64,000 nucleotides of DNA from Eledone cirrhosa (GCA_964016885.1 OZ024743.1:286254001-286318000), one strand, 5' to 3'; positions 1-12,580 are shown, counted from the stretch's first letter. Numbers and translations are program-made. Notes: generated by a model not told the origin, from the letters alone.

Positions 1-1515
1 TTCTCAGCAGTGCCACCGCTCCTTGGCTCACAGAACTGGGAATTCTCCCGTTCTGTTGCCAGTTGCAGTAGACGTCCGCCAAGAGGCCTCCGAACAAGTC
101 TGGCATCTGTACGTAAAGTTCATAGGGCAGACCATCCAAACCAGGCGATTTACCCCTTGTGCAGCCAGTCATTGCCTCCCGTACTTCAGCGGCTGTTATC
201 GGCTTTTCGCAACACTTCGCCTCAGTGGCCGAGAGCCGCGGCAGTCCGTCGAGGTAGACACTAAAGTCCATCCCTCTACCCGGCCCCCCGCTGCCACCGA
301 ACAGCTGAGCGAAGTGTCGCTGAAAAGCTTCACACATTTGCCCGGGATCGAGTAGCATGCGCCCGTCGTGGTCCACCAAAGACCGGATCGTGGCTTTGTT
401 GCCACGACGCGCCTCCGCCACTCGGGCCCATTGAACGGCTTTCGTCCCCTCGTGTCTGAGAGCACGCACCCTAGCTCTGACAACGCAGCCTTCGTGCTTT
501 GCATTGAAGAATTGGTCAAGGGCCAATTTCGCCGCAAGCACGTCGGTTCAATGCCTTTGCTAAGCGCCTCGTCTAATTTTCTAACTAGTTCTCCCTCTGC
601 TCTATTTTTCTCTATTGCTAAAGCCTTACTAAACCTAATCGATTCTATTCTAATCGCTCTTTTCAGAGCAAACCACCACTTGTTGTTGACGATGGCCCCC
701 GTCAACGCCCGCTTAACTAGTTCGCTAATCCGGTCTCTGTAGGCCTTGCGCGCTGGTAAGGACGCGTTTAGCTTCCAGTAGCCGGGTCCTCGTCTATGAA
801 GCCTATCTAAGTCAAGCACACAGATCACGAATTTGTGGTCCGTGTAGCTGACTATCTTGAATTGTGGACAGCCTATGCTAGACCTATCTATTTCCCTACA
901 AAATACTCTATCTAGATATGATCTGGATGACCCAATGCGGTTTGTCCAAGTCCACATTGGCACATTCGGGAAATCCAATCGGTACCTGTCAGACAGTTCA
1001 AAACGCCTGAGCAGGTTGGTGAGGCTCTTGCACCCTCCACCCCTATCCGCTAATCCCACACAGTCCCAGCGTGCATCTAAGATCCCGTTCCAGTCGCCCA
1101 CTAACACTAAAGAGCGGGACGTTCCAAGAAAGGTCTCCAGACGCCGGAAGAAATCAGGCCACCCTGCTCCTGTCGGGGCATAGACGGCCACTAGCCTGAA
1201 AGCTTGCCCGTCTCCGCTGGTCACGTCCAGCACCACCAGCTTACCCTCTGGGTCCAGGAAGATGGCCCGTATGGCGAGATCCAAACCTCTCCGAAAAAGC
1301 ACAGCAACTCCTCCACCCGATCCAGGACGGCTGGGAGATGCGTACACATCGTAGCCGCCGAAGATCGGTGCGAAGGCCCGTGCTTCGGAGATTCTGGTCT
1401 CGCTGATGGCCACTACATCTATGTTTAGTGACCTGAGGTCGTTGAGCAGGTGACCCTGCTTCCATGACGACCCCAAGCCACGCGCATTTATGCTGCCTAT
1501 TCTGAGTGAGGTCAT
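1..1515 (-). pseudogene. ORF2 (APE endonuclease + start of RT), frameshifted near 548
   Basis: MTSLRIGSINARG, VGDWN, SYLD and YTDH APE motifs; reading frame departs from the intact 1139-aa copies after KGI. Confidence 0.9.
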
Positions 1516-1550
1516 GTTTAAAATAGAGTGGAAAAGATGGGAAAGACCAC

Positions 1551-2671
1551 TTACCGTACTTTTGGTAGAGGAGGGATGGTTTTTACATCCCTTTTCACTT
1601 GATCGTCTGGTGAAGGGACCGTTGAATCGTGCACTCCTGGTTGGTTTGGATTAGCATCTCAATGGAGGAGCCGACCCAATCTTCTCTTACTTTTTTCTGT
1701 ACTTGCAGTACAGTTGTTTTGTCCTCGATTCCGACGAGGACAGACGCGGCCAGCCAAGAAGGGGTCATTCCGGGGGGGGGGCGTGGGTCAGTTTGACCCT
1801 CACAATTTTTTGCCCGCAGTAGGAGGGCACCAACACCATTTCCTCGCTCCTTAGGGTCACTACTGATTGGGCCTTTGCCTCCTGGGGTGTGGCAAAAAGT
1901 ACGTCTACGGTGGCGTATTTTTTGCCTCGGGTGATGTGCGTTTTCCTCTGCCACACAGACCCCAAGGCTTTTTGTATTTGGGCCTCTGTGGCTCTTTCCA
2001 CCCTACGGGATTTTGTACTTACTGTACGGTACGTGACCGTACAGTGCTCTTGGGTTTCGAAAAAATTTTTCCGCTGCCTTGCAGATTGCTCGGTGTCCGT
2101 TCTTTGTCACCATCTTCTTCGCTTCCTCTAATTCCTCATTTGTTATGAGGATTGTTTCCAAGTTTTTCGCAATACCTGCAAATGAGATTGGTTTTTCTCT
2201 GCTGTTGTTGTTGTCGTCAGAGCTGCTGGTACTTTTGTTGTTGCTGCAGGTACTACGACTACTGCCTCCGCCGCTGTTGCTGTGGTTGTTGTTGGTGTTG
2301 CTGCTGCTAATGCTGTTGTTGTTTATGCTGCTGGTGATGCTGTTGCGGCTGCTACTGTTGTTTTCATTGTCACTGTTGCTGTTGTTATTACGGCTGCTAC
2401 TGCTATTATTCCTGACGTCAGACGAATGAACTGGGTTTTCGTATTTCCCGCACACCTGTTTCGTCGCTGTCGTCGTCGTCGTGGAGAAACCTTGCACGCT
2501 TTGCACGAGACTTTTCTTTTCTTTCGTCGCTTGCGAAAGAGAAGGGAGGGAGAGAGACACATTTAAAGAAGGGAGGGAGAGAGACAATCTTCTCTCTGCT
2601 GTAGTGATGATTGAGGAAGAAGAAGACGGAATGAGTGGGAGTGACGTATGAAATTTCTTTTTCGTAGCCAT
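1551..2671 (-). pseudogene. ORF1 of family A copy 1, frameshifted and internally deleted
   Basis: MATKKKFHTS start; homopolymer frameshifts near 2060 and 1772-1781; junction at 1630/1631 lacks the segment equal to 16606-17584. Confidence 0.9.
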
Positions 2672-2886
2672 GTTGTTTTTTGTTTAAAATGAAATTTTGG
2701 GTACAAAACCCCAATAACTGGTTATTTAACCCCGAAGGGCCAAATAACGGACAGAAAGATCCCTCTCACGAGGAGGAGGGTGTCTTTATCAACAATTTGG
2801 TTCAAGTTTTAAACAATTTACAATTGTTTTAACGGTTAAAAATTACTATACCTTACAGAGCCGAGCCTCCGTCAACCATGGCATTC

Positions 2887-2904
2887 AATAATAATAATAA
2901 TAAT
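2887..2904. repeat. (AAT)6 spacer/target
   Basis: Read directly; lies between the A 5' end and the B 3' end. Confidence 0.98.
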
Positions 2905-3180
2905 GATTTCATTTATTGGCCACAAGGGCCGACATATAGGGGACAATACAAAAGACTGGGACAGTGGAGTTTTACAGAAAAATCGAGTAAACAATATGAA
3001 TAAAGAAAGTAACAATAACAAAGTAACAATAAAGTAACAAGAAAATTACAACAAGAAAAAATTCCCCAATAGGGGGGGATGACCACCTAGGGTTCGCTCA
3101 GGTACCCCACCAGTCCTGAACGACCCGACGCTTCGAGAGCACCCTGGAAGGGCACCCCTCTCCTCTTCAAATTTACCTAC

Positions 3181-6100
3181 CTACAGCCGCATGACTAGAG
3201 TAGGCCCACTCACACAGGCCATTCTCGCCACATTCACCCACCTTTCAGCAAATGTACTGGGGGGCAGCACTTCTCTCTCCACCCTCATCTTCCTTTCCAA
3301 GTGAAACTTGAAAAAGTTGATGAGGGATTGGCCGAAGAGAAAAGTGTCTGTCTTCAGTCCTTTCAACCTCCTCCACCATACAACCTCTTTCGCTACTGCC
3401 ACCAGACAGAGGAAAATTGCCTGCTCTTCCTGGCCAAAAGAAGGCGGCGGGTCGATCTTCACTATGGACTCGGCCGATAGCCGGATCTGTTCTACACGCG
3501 ACAACAGCTGTTCAACATAACTCCACAAGTCAGTAATGCACGGACACTGGACGAGTGCGTGCAGAACGGTTTCGTCGCTCTGCGCGCATCTCGGACAGGT
3601 CCGTCTGACAGCACTTCCGTGCCTGTAGAGCTTATGTCGAACCGGCAGTGTCCCCCGGTAGCACTGCCAAGCGAGGGATTTTTGGAAATTATCCATCGTC
3701 TTGGTTTGAAAGACCTCCGGTAGAGACTGGTTAGTTCGACTTCGTTGACTCCCAGGGCCTCTCCCAGTGCGTCGTCGCACTTGCCCACCACTAATCCTCT
3801 ATAGAACTCGAGAGTGGAAGTTCCACTGACCGCATTGCCCGCCTGGTAGAGGGCAGTGAGTGCCTGGCAACATTCCAGATGCCAGTCACCCAGTCTCGGT
3901 CTCTTCTTGACCCAAGACTGCAGCTCAGTCAAAGAAATGATCTGCGGAAAGGCCCGTCTGATAAACGGCGACCACACCTGTTCACCGTTGAGGCAGAATA
4001 TCTGGAGATGCCGCAGCCTCAGCGCGTGCCTGCGCATCATTAGCCACCGCATGCCCAGCCCTCCACGCAGAGGGTGCTGGCAGCGGATGGACCGCCTCAC
4101 CAGCGGAACCTGACCCCTCCACAAGAATTTGAAGAGGAGCCGCTCCAAGATGGCGAGGTGCGAACGGGGGCAAGGGACGACGGTCAGACGGTAGTAGATG
4201 ACGGACGCGATGTACGCGTTCGCCACCTCCGCCCGACCTTTCAGTGATAGCTTCATCCCAGCCCATTTCTGGGTGAGACTGATTACCCTGCCCGTCAGCT
4301 CGTCCCAATTCTTATCCACCTGGAGGTCTGGCCCGAACCAAACCCCGAGCAACTTTACCGGTCCGTCCGTCCAGCGCCTAACGACGCTGTTGGACGGCAT
4401 GGACTTGCCTCTCCAGGTGCCGAGTTGCAAGCCTACTGACTTTTCCGGGTTAAGTTTTGCTCCCGTCAACCTTTCATATTCCTCCAATAAGTTGCCGACC
4501 ACCTCGATTTCTGAGGTGTCCGACACCATCGCGGTGATGTCGTCCGCATAAGCCGACACAGCCTTTCCGCGTCCCGGTTCGAGCGGGATGCCCTGCAACA
4601 GCTCCAGCTTCCGCAGTAAAGGCTCGAGAGTCAATACGTACAGAAGGGAGGAGAGAGGGCACCCTTGACGGACCGATCGGGAGACCTGAAACGGTTCCGA
4701 GAGGTGGCCAATAATTTTGACCATCGAGCAGGTGCCGCTGTGCATTGCAGCGATCCAGCTTCTGAAGACGGGGCCGAAGCCAGCCGCCCTGAGAACAGCC
4801 TCAGGGTACCGATGGTCGACCCTATCGAATGCTTTCGATTGATCTAAATTGATCAAAGCCCCACCGAAGCCAGGTTTACACCCTACCCTCTCTATGATGT
4901 ATCGCATTAGGTGGAGGTTGTCGTGTATGGACCTGGTTGGGATTGCGCAAGTTTGAGCCTCCCCAACCAAATCCCCGACGACAAGCGCCAACCTCTTCGC
5001 TAACACCCTGGCCAAAATCTTAAACTCTGTGTTGAGCAGAGTTATGGGCCTGAAATTGTCTAATGTGTCCCTCTTGTTCTCGTCTTTCCTTATCAGCGTC
5101 ACTACGCCCCGGCTCACAGAACTGGGAATACTCCCGTTTTGCTGCCAGTTGCAGTAGAGGGCTTCGAGGAGATTGGAGAACAAGTCTGGCATATTTACGT
5201 AAAGCTCGTAGGGCAGACCATCCAAACCGGGTGACTTGCGCCTCATGCAGCCTACAAGGGCATCCTGAATCTCGGCTGAAGTAATTGGCCTTTCGCAGCG
5301 CCCAGCGTCAGCCGTCGAGAGTTGCGGCAAGCCATCGAGGTAAGGACTGAAGTCCGCCACCATCTCTGACCCGCCACTTCCCCCGAACAACCGAGCAAAA
5401 TGTTGGCGAAAGGCCTCACACATCCTCTTGGAATCGCTCAGCTCGTGCCCGTCTCTGTCCGTCAAAGACCGAATCGTGGTTTTATTACCACGCTGCGCCT
5501 CTGCCACGCGTGCCATCAAACAGCTTTGGTTCCCTCGTTTCTCAGAGCACGCGCCTTAGCTCTGACAATGCAACCTTCGTGTTTCGCATTGAAGAAATGG
5601 TCTAATGCCATTCTCGCCGCAAGCACATCAGTTGCAATGCCACTACCAATAGCCTCGTCTAACTTATCTACCAACTCCCCCTCCTTTCTATTTTTCTCTA
5701 ATGCTACTTCTTTGCTAAACTCCATCGACATTACTCTAATCTCTCTTTTGAGAGCCCTCCACCATCTATTTTTGACGATCCCCCCTGTCAACTTTTTCTT
5801 AACTAAATTGTTGACCTGGTCCCTGTAAGCCTTACGTGCCGGAAATGACATGTTTAGCTTCCAGTAACCAGGTCCTAACCTACGCGTCTTATCTAGGTCG
5901 ACCATACAGATCACAAACTTGTGATCTGAATAGGCGACCGTTTTAAAACGTGGACAGCTTACACTATTTCTGTCTATTTTCCTAATGAATATCCTGTCTA
6001 TATACGATCTAGATGACTCTATGCGGTTAGCCCAGGTCCACACTGGCGCATTAGGGAAATCTAGTCGGTACTTGTCAGACAGTTGGAACTGGCTGATCAG

Positions 6101-6593
6101 TCTCTTGAGGCTTTTGCAGCCCCCGCTCCTATCAGATACTCCCACACAGTCCCAGCGTGCGTCTAAAATGCCGTTCCAGTCCCCCGCTAACAGTAAAGGG
6201 CGAGACGTACCCAGAAAGGCTTCCAGGCGTCTAAAGAAGTCCTGCCCCAGTAGGAGCATAGACGGCCAGCAGTCTAAAGGCACCACCTTCATTATTGTTC
6301 ACGTCCAAGACCACCAACTTACCGTCCGGGTCCCGGAAGATCGACCTTACCTCGAGATCCAGGCCTTTCCTAAACAGCACTGCCACCCCGCCTCCCATTC
6401 CCGGCTGGCTAACAGATGCAAAGATCTGATAGTCGTCGAAAATGGGGGCTAGTGCGCGCGTGTCGGAAATCCTGGTCTCGCTGACTGCAATTACATCCAT
6501 TTCTATAGACCTGAGGTCGTTGAGCAGGTGACCCTGCTTCCAGGACGATCCCAGGCCTCGAACATTTAAACATCCTACTCTTAATACGGCCAT
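3181..6593 (-). pseudogene. Family B ORF2 (APE-RT-CCHC), split by frameshifts
   Basis: ORF pieces 6231-6593, 5516-6292, 3492-5519, 3181-3780 carry AGDWN, YSDH, QGCPLS, YADD, CPRC..H..C. Confidence 0.93.
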
Positions 6594-6624
6594 GTTGGCA
6601 GGTTAAACAGAGAGAGAGGAAGGT

Positions 6625-8588
6625 TTACTTACCTTCCGGGCTCTTGTGAAGGTCGGGTTGTTCGACCTCCATAGTTAGTGGGGTTTCTTTTGGGAACCCC
6701 TTTAAAAGTCTTGAAGTGGGTTTTACGTTCGGGGTTCCCACGTCCCGAGGAAAGCTATCTCGTATTTCTTTGAATATGTCGAGCGACATTCGCACCAGAA
6801 CCAAATCTTCCGGTACGCGAAATGTGCTCGATTTAAAAATTTTCCCCTCTTTTTGTATATTTTCACTTCGTGCTACGAGGGCCACCAGTTCCTTGTTGGC
6901 CCTCCTGACGAGCACGAAGTTTTGTATGTTTTGTTGGTGTGATTTTATTTGTTTGCGTGGCTGTGGTGGTGATGGTTTTGGTGGTGTTGTTTCGGTTGTA
7001 TCTGTGTTTGTTGTGAGTGCGGTGTCGGTGGTTTCAGATGTTTGTGTGTATATTTGTTCTTGCGTCTGTTTCGGTTGTTTGCGTTTGGGGGATTCTGGTG
7101 GTGTTGATGTTGGTGTTATTGGAGAGATGTTTGCGTGGGTGGTGTCTGCGTTTTTTTATTGTGGGTGCTTTTGTGCTTTGTTGAGTTTTTTTTTTCTTTT
7201 TGTGTTTCCTTTTTTGTATTTTGGGGGATTTGGGATTTCCCTCATCTTCACTACTGGTAGATGAGGGGTCTGTGTCTGTAAGTGTGTTTGTATGTATGTT
7301 TAAGGTTTTATTGGTGTGTGTATTTTGGTGGGGAGGGGGAATTTGACAGCTTTCCTCGTTTCCCCCCTGGGTGGTCAATGTTGGTGGTGGTTTTTCTATT
7401 GGTGTTGTTGTTGGTGGTTTTGCCGGTGCAGGTGTTGGTTGTGGTCCTCGCCCCCGGCGTCGGCAGCAGTGGAGCCTTTCGACCGCTTGTCTCTTTCAGC
7501 AGTTGAGGGCAGAAAGCTCGCAAATGGGTTTTTCCCCCACAAACAAAACACTGCGGCCTTTTGCCTTCGGTCATAATGTGAATGACAGTCCCATTCTGAA
7601 GTCGGATATGGTCTGGGATTGTCTTCACATTCTCGGGCCTGATCTGGAGAAGGATCTCCAGGTCAACCCCGAACCAGTCCTCTCTGGCCGTTCTGGTCAC
7701 TTCTATAGGGACTGTATCCGTCCCCCTCCACAATCACACATCCCAGAAGCCACCACATGTCAAGTCCTGGTGGGATTCTGGGAATGCGGAGACGGGCCGT
7801 TCTTTTTCCCATGTGGGAGGGGTACATTATGACCTTGCTGGTTTTGCAAGGAGTCATGGCGTGTTTCATCGCGAGGGCTTCTGACTTGAACAACACCGAA
7901 ATCGTGCCGTACTGTCTACCCCTCTCTATGTACTCGGTGTCTTCTCTGATGCACCTCAGCGCGACTTCGATATCTTCTTGTGGGATTAACGCTACCCTTT
8001 TGGTTTGTGCTGAGATGCATCTATAATGCACCGTTTTGCGCTCCACTGCCTCAATAGCTTCTACCGGGACAGTTAAGTTGGCCCAAGTTTGCTCTTGCTT
8101 GATGAGCTTCCATGCCTGGGCCAACTTTTCATCTTTGTTTGAGAGGTCCATGTTGAAGCATGGCCTCTTTTTTGCTGCTGCCGCAGCGAAAGTGGTCTTG
8201 TTTTCGTTGGGGGTGTTGTTGACGTTGTTCTTGTTGGTGTTGTTGTTAGCACTGTCGCTGTTATCATTGTTGTCTTTGTTGCCACCGTTGTTCTCGGTGC
8301 AGTTGGTATTGTTGCTGTTGGTGTTGTCGCTATTTGTTTTCATGTTAGTGGTGTTGATATTGTTGTATTTGTTATTTTTTTTTTGTTATCTGTATTTTCG
8401 TTGTCGCTGTTACTGTCATTTTTTTCAAAATTAGAGTTCTTATTGGTATCATTGGTGTCTTTGTTTACCTTGTTTGTGGTGGTGTTTGTGTTATCAATGT
8501 GTGTTAATTTCGCTGTAGCGCTCCTCTCAACTTCTACGTCGTTGTCGCACGACAGCCGACATATCGCTGGAAGGCGTGGCTCAGCCAT
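6625..8588 (-). pseudogene. Family B ORF1 (Asn-rich N-terminus, CCHC zinc knuckle), frameshifted
   Basis: Pieces 8340-8645, 7663-8343, 7308-7733 (CFVCGGKTHLRAFC), 7034-7378, 6625-6915; homologous to family A ORF1. Confidence 0.85.
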
Positions 8589-8792
8589 GTTTTTTTTCTT
8601 CGTAAATTTTTTAACATGTAAAAAAAATTCAAATATTTGGGCCAAAAGGCCTAAATATTATACTTTCCGCTTCACGGGGCAAAGTCTAAGGGCTTATATC
8701 CCATACACAACAAGAAATATTTAACAACAAATAATTTAAACAGGCAAATAAAGCGACTTACTGTGAGCGAGCAAAATACGTCCGCTTAGACC

Positions 8793-8860
<68 letters not shown>
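8793..8860. repeat. (AAT)n spacer/target
   Basis: Read directly; head-to-head junction between B and C. Confidence 0.98.
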
Positions 8861-8861
<1 letters not shown>

Positions 8862-11800
8862 TTCCCATCACTTCGGAGCTGGAGACCTCTCATAGCCGGA
8901 ATACTCCTACTGTTGGCCCTCCATGCTCACCACCAAGAAATCCAAAGAAAAAGAGAGAAAAATGGATGGTCAAGGGAAGATAATAAAGAAGTCCTTGAGG
9001 CTTTCTACACTGCCAAGTACTACCCATCAAATACATCGAATACAGAACAGACATATATCTACTGGAAAAAGAAACATCCCGAAAACAGAGGCTATATTGA
9101 CAGTAACAAACTAGCCAATATACGAAGAAATATTGTAAAAAAAAAGTTACTAACTGATATAGAAATTGATCAGATCAAGCTATTAGCACAAAGTCAGCGA
9201 AGGGAAAATGAAACATGTGTCAGTGAAAACGAGGTAAATTGTAACACTTCGAATCCCAGGGTTGGGGTGGAATCACTGACAACAGAACAAATTAAAGAAA
9301 GGATAAAAAAAGTGGAGGGAGTGCATGCTCAAGATGAAACTCAAAATGAAAACAATGAGATCGTAAATGATAAAGAAATGAATGAGAATGAACTTGCCAA
9401 CTTGAAGGATGAAATTATGATCGAATGGATGAAAATGAAAGAATCTGACATGGGGCAACGAGACACCCTCCCTAAGATCCAGAACTCCAAACAGAACCAA
9501 AAGATAATACACAAGACTAACATAATTCTCAAAAACATTATCATCACAAACAAACTAAACATTACTTATTTAAATCATCTCTATTATGCATCGGCTAAAG
9601 TCACCACTCACTTATGTGGAGTGAAAATGAAAAAACAAAGGAATTCCCACAAGAAATCTACTTGGCAAGAGAACATCAATCGCCAAATAAACCTTCTCCG
9701 ATCTGACATAGAAATTTTAACAAACTATAAAGTAGGTGAACATGTTAAACAAACTAAACTTAGAAAATTGAAAAGAAAGTACAGTATAAAATCAACAAGT
9801 GACATAGACATGCTGATAGAAATAATCAAGCAAAAAGTGTCAGCCAAAGCTGCTCGTATAAGGCACTTTGAAAAACGATCTAGATTCTATAAGGACAATA
9901 ATATGTTCAAAAACAACCAAAGAAACTTCTACAGAAAAATTGGTAAGTCAACAATAACTGCTAAATCAATACCACCCAAGGAGGAAGTGCAAGAATTCTG
10001 GGAAAAGATCTGGGCCGAAGAAAAAATTCATAATATACATGCCCCATGGATAGACAGACAAATGAAAGATACAGCTCACCTTGAGGAACAAATATGGGAA
10101 AATATAACAGTTGAACAGTTGCGTTTAGCTCTTAGAAAAACCAGCTAATGGAAATCACCAGGAAAAGACAAAATACAAAATTTGTGGATAAATGCCTTCA
10201 CAGAGTCTCATGAGCTGTTAGCCCAACTTTATAATGAAATAGTTAAGGAGCCAGAAAAGATACCTTCATGGCTAGTTAACATCATTACATTCCTGCTTCC
10301 GAAGAATGATGAGACAAACAATCCCCAAAATTACAGACCGATAACTTGCTTGACCACAATGTATAAAATGTTAACATCAGTCCTAACTGAATATACATAT
10401 GACCACCTGATAACAAATGGCCTATTTCCCATTGAGCAGAAAGGGTGTAAACGAGGCTCATATGGCTGTAAGGATCAGCTTTTGGTTAACAAAATGATAC
10501 TGGAAGATTGTCATAATAGACACAAAAATCTATCAATTGCTTGGATAGATTATAAAAAAGCATTCGATAGTTTGCCACACAGTTGGATTGAAAAATGTTT
10601 AGAGATTTTCAAAGTATCCCCCGTTGTCAGGAGGTTTTTGTCATTCAGTATGAAGACATGGAAAACGACACTCCTTTTGAATAGTGAAACAAAATCACTG
10701 GAAGCTGGAGAAGTTAATATTAATTGTGGAATTTTTCAGGGTGACTCTTTATCACCGCTTTTATTCTGCATCGCACTTATACCATTAAGTAAAATGCTCA
10801 ATGAAACAAAACATGGATATAAAGTCTATGACAAAACCATTAATCACTTGTTCTACATGGATGACCTGAAACTATTTGCAAAAAATTATGAACAATTGCA
10901 AGGGCTATTATCCACTGTGGAGCGGTTCAGTGATGACATTAAAATGGAGTTTGGACTAGATAAATGCGCCAAAGCAACGTTCACCAGAGGAAAGCTGCTG
11001 AAAAGTTCAGACATTAATCTTGATCGGGGGAGTGTGATAAGAGAACTTGATCAAGAGGAAACTTACAAATATCTAGGTGTTTGTGAAGGAGACGGAATCA
11101 AGCACTCGACAATGAGGGAAAATATAAGGAAGGAATGTTACCGCAGAGTAAGAGCAATCTTAAGAACGGAATTGAATGCAAGGAATAGGATCGATGCCAT
11201 AAACACGCTTTCCATACCAGTAGTAACCTACAGTTACAATGTCATGAACTGGTCAAGCACAGAGATCCGTAGGCTCGATACAAAAATTAGAAAATTCTTA
11301 ACCATGCACAGAATGCATCACCCTAAGGCAGATACAGATAGGATATATCTCCCTAGGAAAGAAGGAGGACGTGGGTTAATCCAGTTAGATATTGTGTTGA
11401 AAACTGCAACAATTGGATTATCTACATATCTAAGGGAATCACATGATTGGATGATCAAACTCGTTTTGAAACACGAAAACATCAACAGATCATACTCAAT
11501 TACAAAAGATGCACAAAGATACAGTAATGGACTACAAATTTCAGAAGTCCCATTTACTGCTGACATGGAAAACACAGAAAAAGCAAAGCAGGTAAAAGTA
11601 ACTGCAAAGAAAGAACTGCTACAGAAACTGGCTAAGAAATGGCAAGAAAAGCCTCTGTATGGAAGATACCCAGAAAGAGCTAACAATCCTGATGTTGACA
11701 AAACTTTAACCCATCAGTGGTTGGCATCCTCTGGACTGAAATCGGAGACTGAAGGACTGATTATATCAGCACAAGATCAGTGTCTGCTAACAAAAAATTA

Positions 11801-12547
11801 CCAAGCCAACATAATAAAAAATGGGTGCAGCCCATTATGCCGTGTATGTAAAAAACAACCAGAGACCATTGATCATATAATTTCAATGTGCAGTCCTATA
11901 GCTCCAACCGAATACCTAAACAGGCATGACAGAGCTGCACAATACACACATTGGATAATGTATAAGCATTTTGACCTGCCCCATCAAAAGAATTGGTGGG
12001 AGCATCAACCCCCTCCATACTTGAAAAAGATCACATCTCAATCTTGTGGAACTTTAGCATCCAAACAGACCGAAAAATAGATGCAAATAGACCTGATATA
12101 ATACTGAAGGACTTTAAAAAGAGGGTATGCCTGCTAATTGATATGTCTGTTCCAATAGACAAGAATGTATCTATAAAAACATTTGAAAAATTGAGCAAGT
12201 ATAAGGACCTGGAGATAGAAATTGTAAAAATGTGGAAATTGAGAACTAAAACAATACCAGTGGTTGTAGGCGCTCTATGAATGATACATAAGGGGTCTAA
12301 TGATTACTTATCGCAAATCCCAGGAAACCCGCGTATAGGAGAAATACAAAAGATAGTACTAATGGGAACTGCCCATATACTAAGGAAGATTCTGTCAATA
12401 TAAGTACATCACAAGTCTAAACACCTAAAGATGCATGTGTGAGTATGTATGTTCTTTCTTGAACATGGCGGACCTTGTTGTCTCTTGAGGTCACTGGTTG
12501 TGACTTGGTGATAACTCGTATAAACATAAAGCAAGATAAATGCAACT

Positions 12548-12548
<1 letters not shown>
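8861..12548 (+). mobile_element. R4/Dong-type RT-RLE retrotransposon family C, near full length
   Basis: Single long ORF with RT, zinc finger and PD..D endonuclease; 3' UTR ends GCAACTG|TAATAA. Confidence 0.92.
8913..12403 (+). pseudogene. Family C polyprotein (N-terminal domain, RT, CCHC, RLE) with two stops and one frameshift
   Basis: [37 protein letters not shown]; TAA at 10146 is AAA in the copy near 62745; stop at 12278 is GGA in the copy near 47108. Confidence 0.92.

Positions 12549-12579
<31 letters not shown>
12549..12579. repeat. (TAA)n spacer/target
   Basis: Read directly; tail-to-tail junction. Confidence 0.97.

Positions 12580-12580
<1 letters not shown>

Larger units (their letters stand above)
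1..2886 (-). mobile_element. Tx1/L1-clade non-LTR retrotransposon, family A copy 1 (3' part runs off the window)
   Basis: 5' end GAATGCCATGGTTGACGG abuts (AAT)n at 2887; near-identical to the copies at 12808-18836 and 47939-53965. Confidence 0.95.
2905..8792 (-). mobile_element. Tx1/L1-clade retrotransposon family B, full length, degenerate
   Basis: 3' end CCCTTGTGGCCAATAAATGAAATC|ATT; 5' end GGTCTAAGCGGACG; both ends abut (AAT)n. Confidence 0.93.

Noticed and set aside
2079-2566. Hydrophobic poly-Leu/Val ORFs antisense to ORF1 (also near 8036, 16774, 17842, 32171, 52969)
   Set aside because: Shadow frames of AAC/AGC/ACC codon repeats; no independent coding evidence
8755-8765. Donor-like motifs near Tx1 5' ends (B GTAAGT, A GTATAG, F GTTTGT)
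   Set aside because: Only B matches the consensus; no partner acceptor or conservation
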